DNA of 64,000 nucleotides from Chrysomallon squamiferum. Its lineage: Eukaryota; Animalia; Mollusca. The stretch spans positions 3,596,001 through 3,660,000 of the forward strand of contig CM022675.1 in the NCBI GenBank assembly GCA_012295275.1, given 5' to 3'. The notes under the pieces were generated by a model. That model did no database searches and was not told the origin of the DNA. It saw nothing but the letters and a program-made list of their open reading frames with translations. The translations under genes and the position numbers were made by a program. This document shows positions 62,451 to 64,000 of the stretch, in pieces. How positions within the stretch are numbered: the stretch's first letter is position 1; each line of letters starts with the position of its first letter.

Positions 62451-62644
62451 TTCTTTTAATATTTTTTTAGTGGGAAAATTATGATGCCATTTTTATTTCA
62501 CTTTGTTTTATTTCATTTATTTTTATGTTGTTTAATAACAATAATAATATGATGATGATGCTTTCACCACTAATACAATAATAAAATTAAACTTTTTATT
62601 TCAAAAAAAATAATTAATTCTGAAATCGGGAAAAAAGCTAAACA

Positions 62645-62690
<46 letters not shown>

Positions 62691-63489
62691 TCTATCTGCG
62701 TTTATTACTTATACAGGGAGTGGCCAGTTTATAACGCAATACTGGAACTAATTTTTCTGACCGAATCGCCTTTTGCTGACGTTAATAAATAATAAGTTCT
62801 AGAAATGCATTGAATTAATGAATTCTACAAAACAAGAGAGAGAGAGAGAGCTGAAAAATCTGCTACATCGTAAAGCAGAACAAACAACAAGTCACGAATC
62901 GACAACGTCATTACCGGTTTACTTTGCTTTCAATGGAAGTTTGCCATCAACATTACATTGTTTACTTCTAGCATATCATTTTTGTGTGTTCCGTGTAGTT
63001 ACTGACCCGTGAACGGTGCTCGTGCTAAAGAGAAAACGAATTCCCTCTGTAGCCTTTTGGACTAAACCCATTCACGATTTGGAGCAGTTCATTTATAAAA
63101 TGTAGAGGTCGTAGGGGTTTAAGGCTATATGAGGTTCTACACGTAGACCTTTTCGTTCCAAAAAAAAAAGTAATTATATTTTCATGTCAGGGTTAACTAC
63201 TTAAATTATGTCAGAATTAGGACATAATAAATAAATATAAAAAGGACATATAACAGTTGTTATGACTAAGTTAAATGATTTAGATACAGGAAGTTGCATT
63301 ATTATTAAAAAAAATACTCTTTTACGCTTTAAAAAAAAAAAAAAAAAAAAAAAGGATCCAGATTGCAGGTTTTTAATTTTTCTCTTCCATGTTGGGCACA
63401 TGGAAGAGTAAATTTAAAAAAAGAAAAAGAACCGGGAGGCATAATGTACAGAGACGGCCAGACAGGGACAGCTACAATAATAATATTGT

Positions 63490-63520
<31 letters not shown>

Positions 63521-63855
63521 TTGCTCGTTTTATATTTTTCAGATGTAAGTATAGGAATGTTAATATTTAACTGCATTTTTTTAGTTCAATAAATCGGTAA
63601 TCTTTTCTTTTTACTTTTCATTTCTTTTTTTTTTTTTATTTTTTTTTTTTTTCAGTTTTTGTTTATTTCGAAAAGTACTGATAAAATACTTCTAACGCTC
63701 AGTCGGTCATGCTTGTTGCTTTTTTACGTAAATAATTCAGAATTATCCGAATGTACAGTTTTTGACCCGTATCCTGACGTGAATTAACTTTGCTGTGAAA
63801 TATTATGTTCTTCTCTTTCTCGATGTGTATTTCTTTGCGTTTGTCTAGATTTTTG

Positions 63856-63860
<5 letters not shown>

Positions 63861-63909
<49 letters not shown>
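63861..63909. repeat. (CT)n microsatellite
   Basis: Directly visible. It explains the ERERER/SLSLSL ORFs. Confidence 0.95.
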
Positions 63910-63913
<4 letters not shown>

Positions 63914-64000
63914 ACACACATACACATGCATTTCTTTCCCCCCATCTTTATTTCGTTCTCTTTCACTCTGGATCGACGATGAAATGGCTCACATAAGAAA

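Overview
AT-rich, microsatellite-dense animal genomic DNA. The SINE remnants resemble gastropod mollusc repeats, which is an inference from memory. I rebuilt four intron-containing genes by hand from GT-AG junctions and frame continuity. (1) An uncharacterised minus-strand gene, ATG at 10291, with at least 4 exons and an uncertain 3' end. (2) An 11-exon minus-strand gene (22170-14141, 312 aa) that appears to be a strongly diverged tandem paralogue of DAZAP2, with a new Pro/Cys-rich middle built from repeated phase-1 exons. (3) A canonical 5-exon DAZAP2 (37883-30159, 163 aa). (4) An 18-exon PDCD6IP/ALIX on the plus strand (39581-59801, 889 aa), head-to-head with DAZAP2. A ~5.5 kb minisatellite of 27-29 bp units lies between the two DAZAP2-family genes, and its core resembles an RFX X-box. 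Repeats include a deleted hAT/Buster element, a pogo/Tigger-like element enclosing a FLYWCH fragment, a LINE 3' fragment, SINE remnants and a ~0.8 kb local duplication with GC-rich cores. The top leads are the DAZAP2 paralogue and a hidden coding-like exon in ALIX intron 14 that is in phase to join the proline-rich tail while bypassing exon 15. No database searches were run, so family calls rest on remembered sequence motifs.
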